Assembly: GCA_049973735.1 (NCBI GenBank)
Contig: JBMFJL010000036.1
Span: 1 to 5,894, forward strand
Direction: 5' to 3'
Source of the DNA: Nanopusillaceae archaeon
Lineage (GTDB): Archaea; Nanobdellota; Nanobdellia; Nanobdellales; Nanobdellaceae
Length of the DNA stretch: 5,894 nt
Below, piece by piece: positions 5,796 through 5,894 of this stretch (position 1 is the stretch's first letter; every line of letters starts with the position of its first letter). The notes beneath the pieces are model-generated. The model was not told the origin of the DNA, ran no database searches, and saw only the letters and a list, made by a program, of their open reading frames with translations. A program made the position numbers and the translations under genes.

Positions 5796-5894
5796 CAATT
5801 CTTCGAGTTCTCTTTTTAGTTCTTCTAACTCTCTGGAAATTTCATCCAATTCTTTCTTTACATTTTCTTTGATATCTTTTTGCTCAGCATCTTC
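5784..5894 (-). CDS. C-terminal 36 codons of an unidentified, highly charged coiled-coil-like protein (partial; start lies beyond the right edge)
   Basis: The reverse complement from 5894 reads EDAEQKDIKENVKKELDEISRELEELKRELEELLYS, followed by TAA (5786-5784). The other two - strand frames hit stops within about 12 codons. The - strand is purine-rich here, like other coding strands in the window. No family assignment is possible from 36 residues. Confidence 0.4.
   Translation of the reverse strand, partial: EDAEQKDIKENVKKELDEISRELEELKRELEELLYS

Noticed and set aside
1-5894. Search for CRISPR repeats, long direct or inverted repeats, IS termini, integrase/transposase genes, or defence/toxin-antitoxin modules
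   Set aside because: Nothing seen beyond short AT-rich (TA)n runs and A/T homopolymers, which are expected at this composition. Every sizeable ORF has a clear housekeeping or membrane-enzyme assignment.

Overview
Very AT-rich, tightly packed window of archaeal-type housekeeping genes. It carries a short archaeal TIM and ribosomal protein L14e, and first genes start about 24 nt from TATA-like boxes, suggesting leaderless mRNAs. By inference only, the source is probably a small-genome archaeon (DPANN/Nanoarchaeota-like).

Gene order:
- L14e N-terminus (-, runs off the left edge; absent from the ORF track).
- An orphan 80-97 aa ORF (+) covering only the C-terminal anticodon-binding helices of a ValRS-type class Ia aaRS.
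- Triosephosphate isomerase (-).
- A 67-bp divergent spacer with a perfect tandem pair of palindromic TATA boxes.
- An 855-aa P-type cation ATPase (+).
- A candidate 51-nt box C/D sRNA (-) lying antisense across the ATPase stop codon.
- A membrane-integrated GT2 glycosyltransferase with the D,D,D,QxxRW signature (+), overlapping RNase Z (+) through TAATG.
- The C-terminal end of a charged coiled-coil-like protein (-, runs off the right edge).

I saw no CRISPR array, transposase, tRNA/rRNA gene, or recognisable defence or toxin module, and I cannot support a new multi-gene system here. The two observations most worth follow-up are the unannotated C/D sRNA candidate and the orphan aaRS fragment abutting the L14e start, which could be a split gene, a relic or an assembly junction.
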